Below are positions 11,101 to 23,613 of a stretch of 64,000 bases of DNA, piece by piece. Origin of the DNA: Auanema rhodensis (Eukaryota; Animalia; Nematoda); NCBI GenBank assembly GCA_964057225.1, contig OZ059900.1:10230001-10294000 (forward strand), read 5' to 3'. Position 1 is the stretch's first letter. Each line of letters opens with the position of its first letter. The position numbers and the translations under genes were made by a program. The notes beneath the pieces were generated by a model. The model saw only the letters and a list, made by a program, of their open reading frames with translations. It searched no databases and had not been told where the DNA came from.

Positions 11101-11462
11101 TCATATAGGTAGAGCTTTGAATGATGTGAGTCGTGATAATAATCCATGAATGTAATATAATGCTGTTGCAAGGATTGAACATGGTACAGTTATTGAGATC
11201 ATTTCTAGGCATTTCGCATTGAATGATGTTTTTCCCATCTGAGACTTAAACATGAAAGGCAGTGTGAAGCTTAATTTGAAACAAAATTTACCTTCGGCTC
11301 AATAATAATGCCTAATATTACTGAGCACATCAATAAAGCTTTGATATAGATATCAATAGTAAATGGATGACGAATAGCATGCATATTTGAAATAAAAGTT
11401 ATACTGTAGATGGAGAGTAAATGAGTTGGGATATAGAATGAAAATGTGATGCGTATATATAC
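11101..11462 (-). CDS. Candidate 3' exons of a small hydrophobic (membrane) protein; 5' end not resolved
   Basis: Exons 11462-11292 and 11238-11101 are open and in phase across a 53-nt GTAAAT...CTCAG intron: VYIRITFSFYIPTHLL...LLMCSVILGIIIEPK|MGKTSFNAKCLEMISITVPCSILATALYYIHGLLSRLTSFKALPI*. Confidence 0.45.
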
Positions 11463-14400
11463 CTACTTATAAATTAAATTAAAAACTAATTTGCATGAGA
11501 AACAGCGCAATAGGTTAGTGAATACACATGCCGTCTTAAGCTATATTTGCGTGGGTACACAGATATTGAAAAATTTAAAATTTTTAAATATTTTTGATTT
11601 TCACATATTTGTTTACTTTTCCAAAATTCATGCGAAAATTCTGTTACAATAATTGAATTTTATGAAATGTTCCGAAATTTCTTTTTGGAATTGGTCAATT
11701 GGAATAGTTATTCTCTAAGATTGAAGTTAAGTTTTTATTTTTCTCAAATTTGCTATGGAACAGAAAAGTTTTAAGATTTTGCCAATGACAAATTTGAAAC
11801 AAATTATTTAATATGAAAAATATTATATAAATAAAAATTTTTAATACTCAGAAGAATTCTAAAAATGTCTCCGAGGCTCCTCGGAAGAAAAAAAAACAAA
11901 TGGTATACGCAATTGTTAAGAGAATTCTAACAATTCTTGTGTATTATGTATTATGATATGAAAAATTTTTTGGGAAAACTCATAATTTCCATTTTTTCTT
12001 TCATATTTGAGAAATTATTTTATTTATTCTTATATAATATATGAATATATTCATATACTGTTTTAATATTATCACGATATTCCTCGTTTGCCGTGAAGTT
12101 ATGTTAAATCAAAAAAACTCCCACGTAAGCCCTTTTCATGTTGAATTTTTCAAAAATTTCGGAAACATTTTATTCATTTTTTTTTGTCAAATATTTGAAA
12201 TAATTTTTGAATAGTTCCAAGTATTTGCAATCAACTTTTCTAACCCAAATATTTTCAATTAAAGTTTGAATAAAAAAAACTGATTTTTGCTCTTTTTTTG
12301 GACTTTTCGGTAATCACATATAACTGAATAAAGTTAAAAAAAGTTTCTTTCTAAATGTTAAATAAATATTTGTTATTCCTAGTAATGAGGTGGTGTTTAA
12401 AAATAAAATGATCTTCTACCGACACGTAATATCGGAAATGTCATCATTATTAAAACAATGTTTGTCATTTTTACTGTTTAATTTATAATATTGCTTGTAT
12501 TCTATTTGTTTAGTATTTCAAATTAAAATCCCCTATTACCAGAGTATTTTAACGTTGAACCCTTTTGCAATATGTTCATCCCTTTTTTCCGCCCGCACAT
12601 TTCTCATTGGCAGTTTCTTCGGCCATGTGGCTTATTTACTCATCTTGTATACACGGTTTCAAAATGTTGAACTGTGAGTACAAGATTATCGGGCGTCAAA
12701 TCCTGATCAGTGAGCATGGCATGTAGATTTCCGGTTGCACTGTGCATACATTGAAGCAATTGGCGTATTGAAGCAATAGATGCGAGCAGCTGGAAGCTAG
12801 AGGAGATGAGATAGGCAACGGACGAATAGTAGAAAAAAAAATAAACGAAGAAACTGTTTAATCGGAACAAGGTTGTCTGAGTTCAATAATTTTTTAAGCA
12901 CATCTCAAATATTGACGAAAAACTTCTAGACTTTTTAAGTTGAAAGTATTATATACAATGTTTATAATGGAAAAACACGTAAAATTCTTAAATACATTTT
13001 GCGACTTTTCAAAGATCAGCTCCCTCAATTCCTCCTACATTCTACGGCTTCCACAGTTGAGTAGTTTCGCATCAATCGGTTGTAGAATGTCAATATTTCT
13101 TGTTTATGACATCATTTTTTTTGAGCTCTAAAAACTAAGTAGCAATTGAAAAAGCTATTCACCACGCAATGAATATTTACCCGAAAAAAAGTATCTATAA
13201 TTAAAAGAAAACAAGAAATACATGCTAAAAGTGCGATAAAAACATGAAAAAAAACACAACAACCATTTGATTTCAAGATTTACTAAATAACAATATAGAT
13301 GAAAAGAAATAATTTTTACTTTGAGTTCTTTTCCCGAAAACAGGAACATTATTTAAATAAATGATCTTATTGAAACAATGTGAAACTAGCTAGTAAACTT
13401 GCTATATGTTTGAAGATATTTTTCAAGAGTTTCTATTAAATGTGTGTGCATGTGAGTCTTTGTGTGTGCCAACCACAAGAAAACGTTGAAAAACTGGAAA
13501 CTAGTTCCAGGTGCTCGATTGGCTGTTTATAGTTATCTATATTGAGATTGGCTTATTTGATAACTATCTATATTGTATAGATATCAATAAAACATATTCA
13601 TCTTGTCCAATTTTTTTTGAATATAAGCCATTTTTACATTAACATTAGCTAGAAATTACTATGTTATATAGTTATCTCTCTACAATTAGATTAGTCTAGC
13701 TAGACTACAAATCAAGCAAGTTCCCTTTCTCTAGATGGCTTAGATATGATATGCTATCAATGATATCTCCCTTAAGTTAGATGATTCATCGTTCTATACA
13801 CCTAGCTATTGCAGAAAAGTATTCTTGAGCATAGTCAAAGTATAGTTCTGTAAACATATAGTTATATAGTTAGCTATTTAATATAACAAACATAAATTTA
13901 GATTTGGATATTCTATTATTGATAGTGAAGAAACTAAATAAGCAAATACATTACCAAGAATAGTTCTTTTCATGTAAAAAACTTGTAAAATGCACTTTGT
14001 ATACAAAATAAATAAGGAAATATATTCATAAATGTTATAATAATAAATAAGTAAAATATTATTGTCGATAAACAACATATAAATATATTATTATAATATT
14101 TTTATCTAAACAAGCATATAGTTAGCTGTATGCTTTCATCTATTATACAACCATATAGATAGTAATTGTCGTACGTTTTTTTGTTGAAACGAAAAAGAAA
14201 AAAGAAAACCAAAACTTGTTTGACAAGAGCTTTTTAGGTAAAGAATGCTAATTGTTCGTTTCGAGTAAACGAGGATGTAAACAGATATTAGATAATTCAA
14301 CTGACTATCAAACAGATATTGCTTATTTTATAGCATAATATACATAATCGTCGTATACTATAAACATTTTTATAATACGCTTAAAGTACTTGAACTGAGA

Positions 14401-16312
14401 ATACAAAGGTTATCATAAAATAAGATCTTAAACATAAAATAAATGCTTTTAAAATCATTTATACACACATTTACGCTTATTATGTTGATTATAAAACAGA
14501 GAAAACGTTCATCTTTTCTCATCTGGCTTATTAACTTGATATTGTGATTACTCATCAACTTGAATATTTATTTTTGGCGGGAGATTGTAATGTGAATGAC
14601 GTATGGTCGAACATCAAAGTTTGTGGCAGATAACAATTAGAAGTGATCAGAGTTTGTACTTGAAAAGAAAATGACAACACGGCTGAATTATAAGGAAAAC
14701 TATAAATATCCTAGTTGATATAAATGAAATTTTAACAGTAATATATGTATTTTATTTAAAAAAAATATAATGAAACGGTAAATAAACTACTAATTATTCT
14801 TCAAACCATCATTTCATAGGAATTATGTTCACGAAAAGAATGACAACGAAAAGAATTCCTTATTATGTAAAAAGCATATAAAAGCATTTGTTTTTTCAAA
14901 ACATTGTAATTAATTTGTTCACATTAGTGATTGTAATGTCATAAAATTCATGTAAGCATTGTTTTTCTGCGACAGTTTTATTAGGGATTGTCGTCTATTT
15001 TCATGGCGAAGGTCACGCACATCTTGATGATTATGGCGCCAAAAAAAGATAAATTAATGATAACCCGATTTTTCTCGATGATGATGGTGATCACTTATTC
15101 TTTTTCTTCTTATTCACATCGTCATCAACATCATCATCATCAATATTGTCGTCATCGTCGTTGTCATCTATTGAAAAGCTATAATCACAAACAACGTAAA
15201 CATCATTTGTCTGTAGACAATGGGAACGATTTGAAAACATACTATGACCTATCTAATTAATAAATTTGAATGTGTGAGAAGTGAGTCTTACTTCATGAAA
15301 CCAGCCGGAATTGAAGAGAAAGTGAAAAGAAATGAGTAAAATACTTGGAATAAGTTAGATAACAGAGTAAGAATTTTAATTTGTTCTAACTAAAAATAAG
15401 CCCAAACATCTTGTTTCTGAATAAAAGATATTTTCGGAAAAAAAATTGCATGTAACAATTATAGAACGAGAATACTGTGGTGCTGCAATGATGGGAAAAG
15501 AGTTGAATGTTGCTGGCTAGGATAAGGTAAAGGCCATATGCAGTTCAGAAATAGAAACATATTTTTCTGCGGAAAGACCGCTAGCCAAGGCAGAAAATAT
15601 TGTTATTATTTGAAAGTAATTCGTTGACAAGTTTGTTTTGAGGCTGCAACTATTATATATTAATAATTTGCTGCAAAAATGCAAAGAAGCAATATAATGA
15701 TAAGCGATTTTTGAAAAAAAAGGACGAGATGAAACAAGATTTTGTCCATCTAGCTAGTATTCGAAGTTATTGAAGTATTTAGATAACCTGCAATTATCAT
15801 TGTTTGCACGTAGAACACTGGAACTTAAATTGAATTAAGAAATTTATTTAATTCATTAAACTATTCTCAAGTTTCATCAAATATAATAACTGACACATAT
15901 TTGCAATATCAATATATATATTATTTGATTATGAGGCAATACGACTAGCTTTCTACTGCTCCTTCATCGTGATCCGAATGACATCAGCTTAGGCATCTAA
16001 GCAATCAAGATAGCTTGCACACGATCAAAGTTTACGAGAGCATATGTCTCCCACACATCTCTCTGTGTATGTACGGTGTAGCTAACTGATTATACATACA
16101 CAATCTGTTGGCTGTGCCTACGGTTCCAATTATCTGATTTGTCTTCCGAAACTTTGTCAATCGACTCGCCCTTTGCTAGTTAGTTCTTTTGTCAACTTCT
16201 ATCACAGGTCCAAGCAAAGCGCTATTTGTTCATAGATTCTTATTGTAGGCGGCCTGTCTGCCGTCTAGCATCTAGTCGCACTCTCTGCGCAATGCAAAGC
16301 ATCAGGGGTAGG

Positions 16313-16321
16313 GTATATAAG
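16313..16321 (+). promoter_or_regulatory. TATA box of gpx-5
   Basis: GTATATAAG matches the nematode GTATAWWAG consensus, 150 nt upstream of the ATG. No TTTCAG trans-splice site lies in between. Confidence 0.6.
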
Positions 16322-16462
16322 TGTGTGGAACAACTATCTGCAGTTGGTTGTCCCTACACACAGACACCACAGCTACCCAGCCCGCAACACGAGTCTAGGT
16401 TCACGTCGTCGAGAGGCAACTGAACTACACATCTATTCATCTATCTCTCAAAACAAATCAAC

Positions 16463-17962
16463 ATGTTGTCTTATTTGGCATTAGTGTCCGCTCTACTGAT
16501 TGGCGCCCAAGCTCAACCAGGTATACATTCCGTTCTATCGTTCCCTTCGCTCTTGCAGCCGTTCAAAACCGGAAAGAAGCATTGCTCTTTACAAAGCTCA
16601 TTATCATATTTGGAGCAAATCTTCTGTTGTTTTCTATTTTGAGAGAAAAAAGTCTTAAAAGCGATGCTTCTTTTTCGTAATTCTAAGGCGTCCAACACAT
16701 TTTTTGACCACCAATCTCTCAAACAGTATAATTTAAATTTAAGGGCCAGCCTTGATTGACGAGTCTACTCGATGGAAGCAATGTAATTCTGTTAACCAGT
16801 CTTTATATGATTTCCAGGTAACATCTATTTTAAATTAATCAGTTTTAATTATAAACTTTGTTAATTCAGATGGAAACCTTACAAGGTCAATTTACTGATC
16901 TCTCACAATACAAGGGACAAGTTCTTCTTGTTATTAATGTTGCTACCTTCTGTGGTATGTTACTATATCGTTTTAGCTATATTTCGAATAATTAAAAAGA
17001 AAAAGAAAACAAAATTTCAAACTCGTTTTCATTTCTAAAATAGCACCTTAACATCATCAATTCAATTATTAGGATTCTTTAAAACATATAGTAAAACTAT
17101 AAAAATACTTTGAAATTTACACTATAAAATTATATTTTTAATGTTAAATGTCTGTTTTTCTGAAATATCCAATTTTAGCTTACACTCAACAATACACCGA
17201 TTTCAACGGTATTATTGATGAGAACATGAATGGTGGATTCACTGTTCTAGCCTTCCCATGCAACCAATTCTACCTTCAGGTAAGCCAAAATGAAAAAGAA
17301 ATAAACACTCTCATACATACTCAAATACGACATATCTGAGATAAGAAACGTATTTGATACTGTTATTCATCAAATGTTGTCAGAAAATTGACACAATTCT
17401 CCAATTTATCGCAACATACATCTCTCTAACACAATTTTCACAACAAAAATATGAAGATAGAATTAAAGAAACCCTATACAATCCCTTATTTACGAGATGG
17501 CTATTGCAGGAGCCAGCTGAAAATCACGAACTCTTAAACGGAATTATGTATGTTCGTCCAGGAAACGGATGGAAGCCACATCAAAATCTCCACATTTATG
17601 GAAAGATTGATGTTAACGGAGAAAATCAACATCCATTATACGAATTCCTCAAGGTATTCACTGTTTTTCAATAGAGAACTTTCTCTGATACACAACTTTG
17701 TACAGGAGTCTTGCCCACAAACCGTCGAAACTCTCGGAAAACGTGAAGAATTGATGTACAACCCAATCAAAACCAGTGACATTACCTGGAACTTCGAGAA
17801 GTTCTTGATCGACAGACAGGTAATGAGATAAACTTCAAATGATTATCAACTAATTAAATCATGTTTCAGGGACGCCCAAGATACCGTTTCCACCCAACTG
17901 CCTGGACCCACGGAGATGTTCTTAAGCCATTCATCCAAGAGCTTATGGCTGAATCCGCCTAA
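16463..17962 (+). CDS. gpx-5: Secreted cysteine-type glutathione peroxidase (7 exons)
   Basis: Signal peptide [17 protein letters not shown]; [16 protein letters not shown]; [31 protein letters not shown]; WNFEKFLID; [11 protein letters not shown]. Matches C. elegans GPX-5 (GPX-3/5 group). The catalytic codon is TGT, not TGA. Confidence 0.92.
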
Positions 17963-19949
17963 ATGCATGCATCGCAACTTGGCGTTGTTTCAATCTCCCC
18001 AACTACTTATTCTACACCGTCATCACTACTGCGGCATGCTGCCGATTTCGGTCAACTCAGTATTTGTATATTTCTTCAACAGACGCGACGTAATAAGCTA
18101 TAGCTCATCATAGTACAGACATTTAATAATAAAAAACATAATTTTGATTGTAAATATGCGTATATAGTTAAATATAAATATATTTACATCAAAAAAACAG
18201 TTTCTTTACGTCTATTTGTTAATATGAAAAATGAAATAAAATCATTTTTTCTTTAAATCAATTGTTACTTTGACACATACTTTAACTTCAAAATCATTCG
18301 TTAATTACATATAATATATTATATAAACAAGATGATGCAGCACAAGCCAGATTATCACTTTCTCTCGGACTATTTGTTGTCTTTTTGTCATTTCAGAAAC
18401 TAGAACAAACGAACATGCTGGAAAGGAGCAGAAAAAAGAAAAGAAAAAACACATATATATTTGAGATGAAGACGAGGAAGAAATCGCGACAGTTTACAAT
18501 GGCATGCGGTTATCGCTGGCGCAATCATTGACCAAATGCTAGCGCATATAACATGCTCTCACGTAATCTATTTTCTTTTCTATATTTCGGTTTATTTCAT
18601 CTTAACATTGTAGGCGACAATATTTTTGATCGCTAAGGCTGGCAAGTTCTAACCTGTTCCAGAAAGATGAAAAGATGAATGATGTTAACAAATTGATTTC
18701 AGGCAAACGAATACATTGAAATGAAAAAGCAAATACACAGTAAATAATATTATATTTTGTACTGAAATATGAAAGAAAATGAAAGGTAACAAAAGGAGAT
18801 TAAAACAAGTAGATGGAGGTTATATTGAAAACATCTCACTTTTCAATTTGAAAGTACATAACTGGCGGTAGACCGGAAAATTTGTCAATAATGAAATAAC
18901 ACTTCACGCCAATGCTCAAGTTTGCTGACATCTTTCGAATGTTAAAACTTGACAAGTTCAATTGAGCAAGCCAAAAGCAATATTTGCCCGGAAATTTTTT
19001 CCCAGCGATTGAATTTTAAAAATTTGAAGAAAAAAAACTCGAAAAAAAAGCTGCTTCCGCATGAAAGTTATGGACTTTTTCTGTCATACAATATGATATT
19101 TCAGTTTAAATTCCAGCGTTTCAACGACTTGTTGAAAATTTTATTTCCAGAATATGAAGATTGATACAAATATTTTTTTTTCTCCTTATTTTTTGGAAAT
19201 AAAAAGGTTTTGAAAGTGAAACTATCTCAAATCTTATTGTGTGATGAACAAAACGAAAATGGTAGACCTTGTAATGAGGCTATGGTGAAACATCAAACAC
19301 TGGACTGAATATCATCGAATAAACTGTAATCTTCTTGTTTAATTTGCCTTGTTTTACTTGTGCTTAATACATTAATTAGATTTTGTAATTGAACACATCT
19401 CTCGTTTGAATATATCATTTCATGTGAACTTAGTTGGTCAATTGAATGAAAAAATTATTTTAACCTTAAACACATTTTATTTCTGTGATGAAGTAAGAAA
19501 AAGAAGACAAACTATGTTGTAAATACAGAGAAATAATGGTGTAAAGTATAGAGAAATCTAATAGCTAATCATTATCTAATAATACCAATAGAATCACAAA
19601 TAATACATTGTTTGAATCGCAAGATATTTGATTTTGAAGGCAAGAATAGAAGTATGGTAAGAAAATGTGAGGATTTTCTATTTTCTTTAAGAAAAAAAGA
19701 AAATTTTGAAAAAAAAAATGAAGTGACTGACGATGATAAAAAGGCATTGCTGGGATGATCCGTGTTTTGTGTAATACGTGTGCTATGTGGTACATAACTA
19801 CAATATTAATTTTGAAATTATTGTGGTGAACGCTATACATATTATGACAATTTGATATATTTGAAAACCCAAACTTGATAGAAACCGTGTAGATACAACT
19901 TGTTGTTGTTGCTTTTTGTTTAGTTTTTCATCACTTTATATGTGATGGT

Positions 19950-22863
19950 TTATACGGATAAACCGCTATCTACTACTGCGACTGTAGCAACTCCAAGTGA
20001 GATGAAAAGTAATTGAAGAAGATTTTGTCTGAAAAATAATAAAGTTGAAGATGATGTATTTTCACTTCAGTGGCGGCCATAAAGATATCAAGTTTTTATT
20101 TTTTTTGAATAATTTTCTTGAAACTCATTATTTTTTCTTGAAATTTCGAACATATATCCGGACAACAAATATATATTGAATTATAATATAATTTAAAAAA
20201 TTATAGATTTACAATTCACAAAAAAATTTTTTTTAAGAAATTTTTGTTAGATTGCAAAACCTTTATAAGGGTTATAAAAAGTTATAAAAATCTTTTTATG
20301 GACAATTCATCTAATTTTTTTTATAAAATTATAAGATTATTTAATATTCTCGCTATGGCCAGAAGCAGAGGTTGTGTCAACTTGCCTAAGGGTGTAAAAG
20401 AAGCTATCCTGAGAGGGAAAATTTTGGGAATCACTCAGAGACAGTTGGCCTCCCAATTCAACGTCCATGAATCTACAATCTCTAAGATTCTGAAGTCAGC
20501 TCATGGAGCTAAAACGCTCTCACCCAAAAAATCACCCGGAAGGCCGCGACTTACTACAATTCAAGATGATCGAACCATTGTTAGAACCTGTAAAGCTCAA
20601 CCACGCTCGAACGCCGTCGATATTTTGAAAGAAATCTCTACTTCTGAGACCGCCAAAATATCGGTTCGAACTGTAAGAAAAAGACTACAGTCTGCTGGAT
20701 TGAACGCACGTCGCCCTGTGAAGAAACCGATGATTTCCAGAAAAAATCGTTTAGCCAGAATTGCATGGACAGAAGAGCATATCAATTGGACCAAACAACA
20801 GTGGTCAAACGTGATCTCACAGAACTATGGGCAGGTGCTTCGTATTTCAGCAAGACAACGACCCAAAACATAGTTCGAAGATGATAAAGGAGTGGTTCCA
20901 ACAGGAAGAAATTGAAGTTATGCGATGGTCCAGTCAGTCTCCTGACTTGAATCCAATTGAGCACATGTGGGAAACGCTCAAGAGAAGAACTCATGAAAGA
21001 ATCGCCTCGAATGTTCGTCAAAAAGAGGAAATGTTGAGAGAAGAATGGAACAACATACCCCAAGCAACAATCGACTCACTTTTGGACTCGATGCCAAGGA
21101 GATGCCAAGCTGTAATCAACGCTGAAGGGTATGCTACTAAATATTAAAGATAACCCCACCGATAGATTTTAAATTTTAAATTGTAAACTTTTTTTGTAAC
21201 CCATCTTTTTTTAGCCCTACGAGGGCAAATCAATAAATTTCCTCATGTCAAAATTTTTTTTCTTTTTTCTGAAAATATTTCTATAAAATATTAAGTATTA
21301 CTGATATTTCAATATATGTTTGGAATTTCAAGAAAAAATAATGAGTTTCAAGAAAATTATTCAAAAAAATAAAAACTTGATACCTTTATGGCCGCCACTG
21401 TATATCATACTTACTTAATGTCAGTTTCTTCATTCAATTCTGGTAAGAGTTGAGATAGGGCTATGTTTATGAATCCACCAGCAGTGAATGGCAGAATCCA
21501 ATAAAATCCATCCGATAAATCATTACCTAAGTATAATGCTACAATAGCTCCAATAACACCTCCAGTAGCGGTAACAAGCTGCAAAACCATACTAATTTCC
21601 AAATCGAATCATTCAAGGATTATATACCTGAGCTTTGAAAGCTTGACTGCGGCTATAGTCGGCTCTAAGCAGGATTGCGAAATCAATCATCTCATGTGGA
21701 ATTTCATGCAATAAAACGGAGAATGTAGTCATGAAACCAAACTGAAATATAATAATTAAGTTTAAAATCGTTAACCTACAGAATCTCAAAATCAAAAATC
21801 AAGATACCTGAGTGGATACAAGGAAGCTTCCAGCAACAGCCAATCCGTGGGTGAAATTATCGATAACATTGCAAGCTAGATTAATAATAGCGCACAACTA
21901 TAAGATAAAAACAATAAATGTATCCAAAATCAAGCGAATATTTACCTTGTTTGAACTACCCTCCGTTGATTCGCAAACTTTTTCGGCAACAAAACAGACT
22001 AAGAATCCTGCTAGAACCCACAAACCGATAGCGGTTGTGTTTTCTGAAAAAAAAGATAATAAAAAACTTCGAAAAAATCAGTTAAACAAGGACAAAGAAA
22101 TTAAACGAACCATTGTTATTCGACCAAATTTCAGGTAATAGATGTAGGAACACATCGGCCAATAAGCTACCAACAGCGAATGAGAGTAACCAGTTCATTC
22201 GTCTTTGACCATCTGAAAGTTAATAATTAGATGTCATAAAAAGTATTATAACACTACCTTCAGAGAGTAAGAAATCAGATGATTTTTCAGGTAAAAAAAC
22301 CACAGGAAGAATTCCACAACTAACTACAAGCAAGCATCCAATAATAGACCAGGTCCATGTAGCCCAAGTGATAGTCTTTGAGTTTACTTCGGACAAAATT
22401 TTTGAAATTTCCTCAGCTTCTTCCTCGAATTCGTCTTTTGCACTAAAATATAAACAAATTTAAAAAAAAGTTTCACAGAACTGTGTATGCAACATACGTT
22501 TTGAAAAGTTCTAATGCTGGAATAATCAGTGCTTTGCCATCTGGTCCAACAATGGAATCTGATTGTAGACTGTTGTCATCTCCTATATTCACTTTCTTCA
22601 CTATTCCATGCACAAGCCCATCGAGATTTGCTTCCGCAGCCGCAGGATGATAATGCAGGACTGAAACAGATTATTGAATTAAAAATAAAAAAAATTGCTG
22701 ATTATACTAATTAAACTTAATGTTTTTCAATTGTACAGTACGATAGAAGAATAAACAAGTTTTTACAATAAACAATAATCGATTGCAGTTTTATTTTAAG
22801 TTAAAAATTACCTTGTGCATTAGCAATTGGACTAAGTAGAAATAGTGCTAGAATCCACTGCAT
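19950..22863 (-). CDS. zipt-13: LIV-1/ZIP13-type zinc transporter
   Basis: Signal peptide MQWILALFLLSPIANAQ just after TTTTTCAG; FAVGSLLADVFLHLLPE; DNFTHGLAVAGSF; LLHEIPHEMIDFAILLRAD; WILPFTAGGFINIAL. Last exon 20028-19950 reads QNLLQLLFISLG...SV*. Confidence 0.88.
20068..21400 (+). mobile_element. Tc1-family DD34E transposon, internally deleted, in the last intron of zipt-13
   Basis: ~90-bp TIRs CAGTGGCGGCCATAAAG..., TA on the right flank and TT on the left. The transposase has the HTH, GRPR, QQDNDPKH and SPDLNPIE motifs (34 residues D to E) and ends GYATKY. Confidence 0.95.
20355..21147 (+). pseudogene. Tc1 transposase with out-of-frame internal deletion
   Basis: The N-terminal frame breaks after QQWSNVI (~20815). 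The C-terminal frame resumes at SHRTMGRCFVFQQD. The SDE and VMVWG segments are missing. Confidence 0.9.
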
Positions 22864-23599
22864 GTCAACTGAAAAATATTCTGATTACTCTGATTTTGTC
22901 ATAAAAATAGTTTTTATTGGCAACGATGAAGCCATATCAAGCACAGAAGTCATGATAGTTGTTCCGCTTTGAACAATATTTCTTAGATAAGATATTTTAC
23001 TAGACAATGACATAAGTGGGAAAGAAAAGAAGAACATGTCAGCAAGAACATGTGAAAATTCATCATTTCCGGGTGTGGAAATTGAGCACAAAAAGAATTT
23101 CGATGTAGAATATGTAATATAAACAATAAATATTTGGATTTTATTGATTTAAAGTTAAATAAATTTATTGAAACTATGCAGTAGACTTGGAAAATAATGA
23201 AATGTATACTAAATAAAATGAAAATTTGAATGATAACGCTTTTGAAAGTCATTTAAGAGGACTGAAATAAAATAAAAAAATGAGAAATGAATAGCTATTC
23301 GTCAAATTGCGTGACAAGAAAGGGGCGAATAAGCAACCAGCGCTTTCAAACTGAATCTTATTAGAAGCATCTAGAACTGTATTGATTCTTCTACATAAGG
23401 AGAAGAACAGCTGAAACTAACTTAACTGGTTTCAAGTTAGCGCAACGCGAGGCGCGCCGCGATCTCATAGACATCCAGTCAAGATGTAAATAAAGAGAGA
23501 GAGAAAGAAAGAGAACAACAGAGAGAAAGAGAAAGAGTGCGAACGATGAAAGAGACAGATCTGATTCTCTTCGTTTGTCGTGTACTCTCATTGCATCTT

Positions 23600-23613
23600 C
23601 CCCCCCCCCCCCC
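23600..23613. repeat. C14/G14 homopolymer
   Basis: 14 consecutive C in an otherwise AT-rich region. Confidence 0.9.

Noticed and set aside
11570-12200. Old palindromic MITE with a central CCGAGG-CT-CCTCGG hairpin
   Set aside because: Only ~20-bp AT-rich inverted matches; termini and TSD could not be defined.
17963-18130. SECIS element or selenoprotein status for the GPX
   Set aside because: The catalytic codon is TGT, and no ATGA/AA/GA SECIS core is evident in the 3' UTR.
22885-23091. 68-aa ORF immediately upstream of zipt-13
   Set aside because: Non-ATG start, no motif, and it lies in the probable outron.
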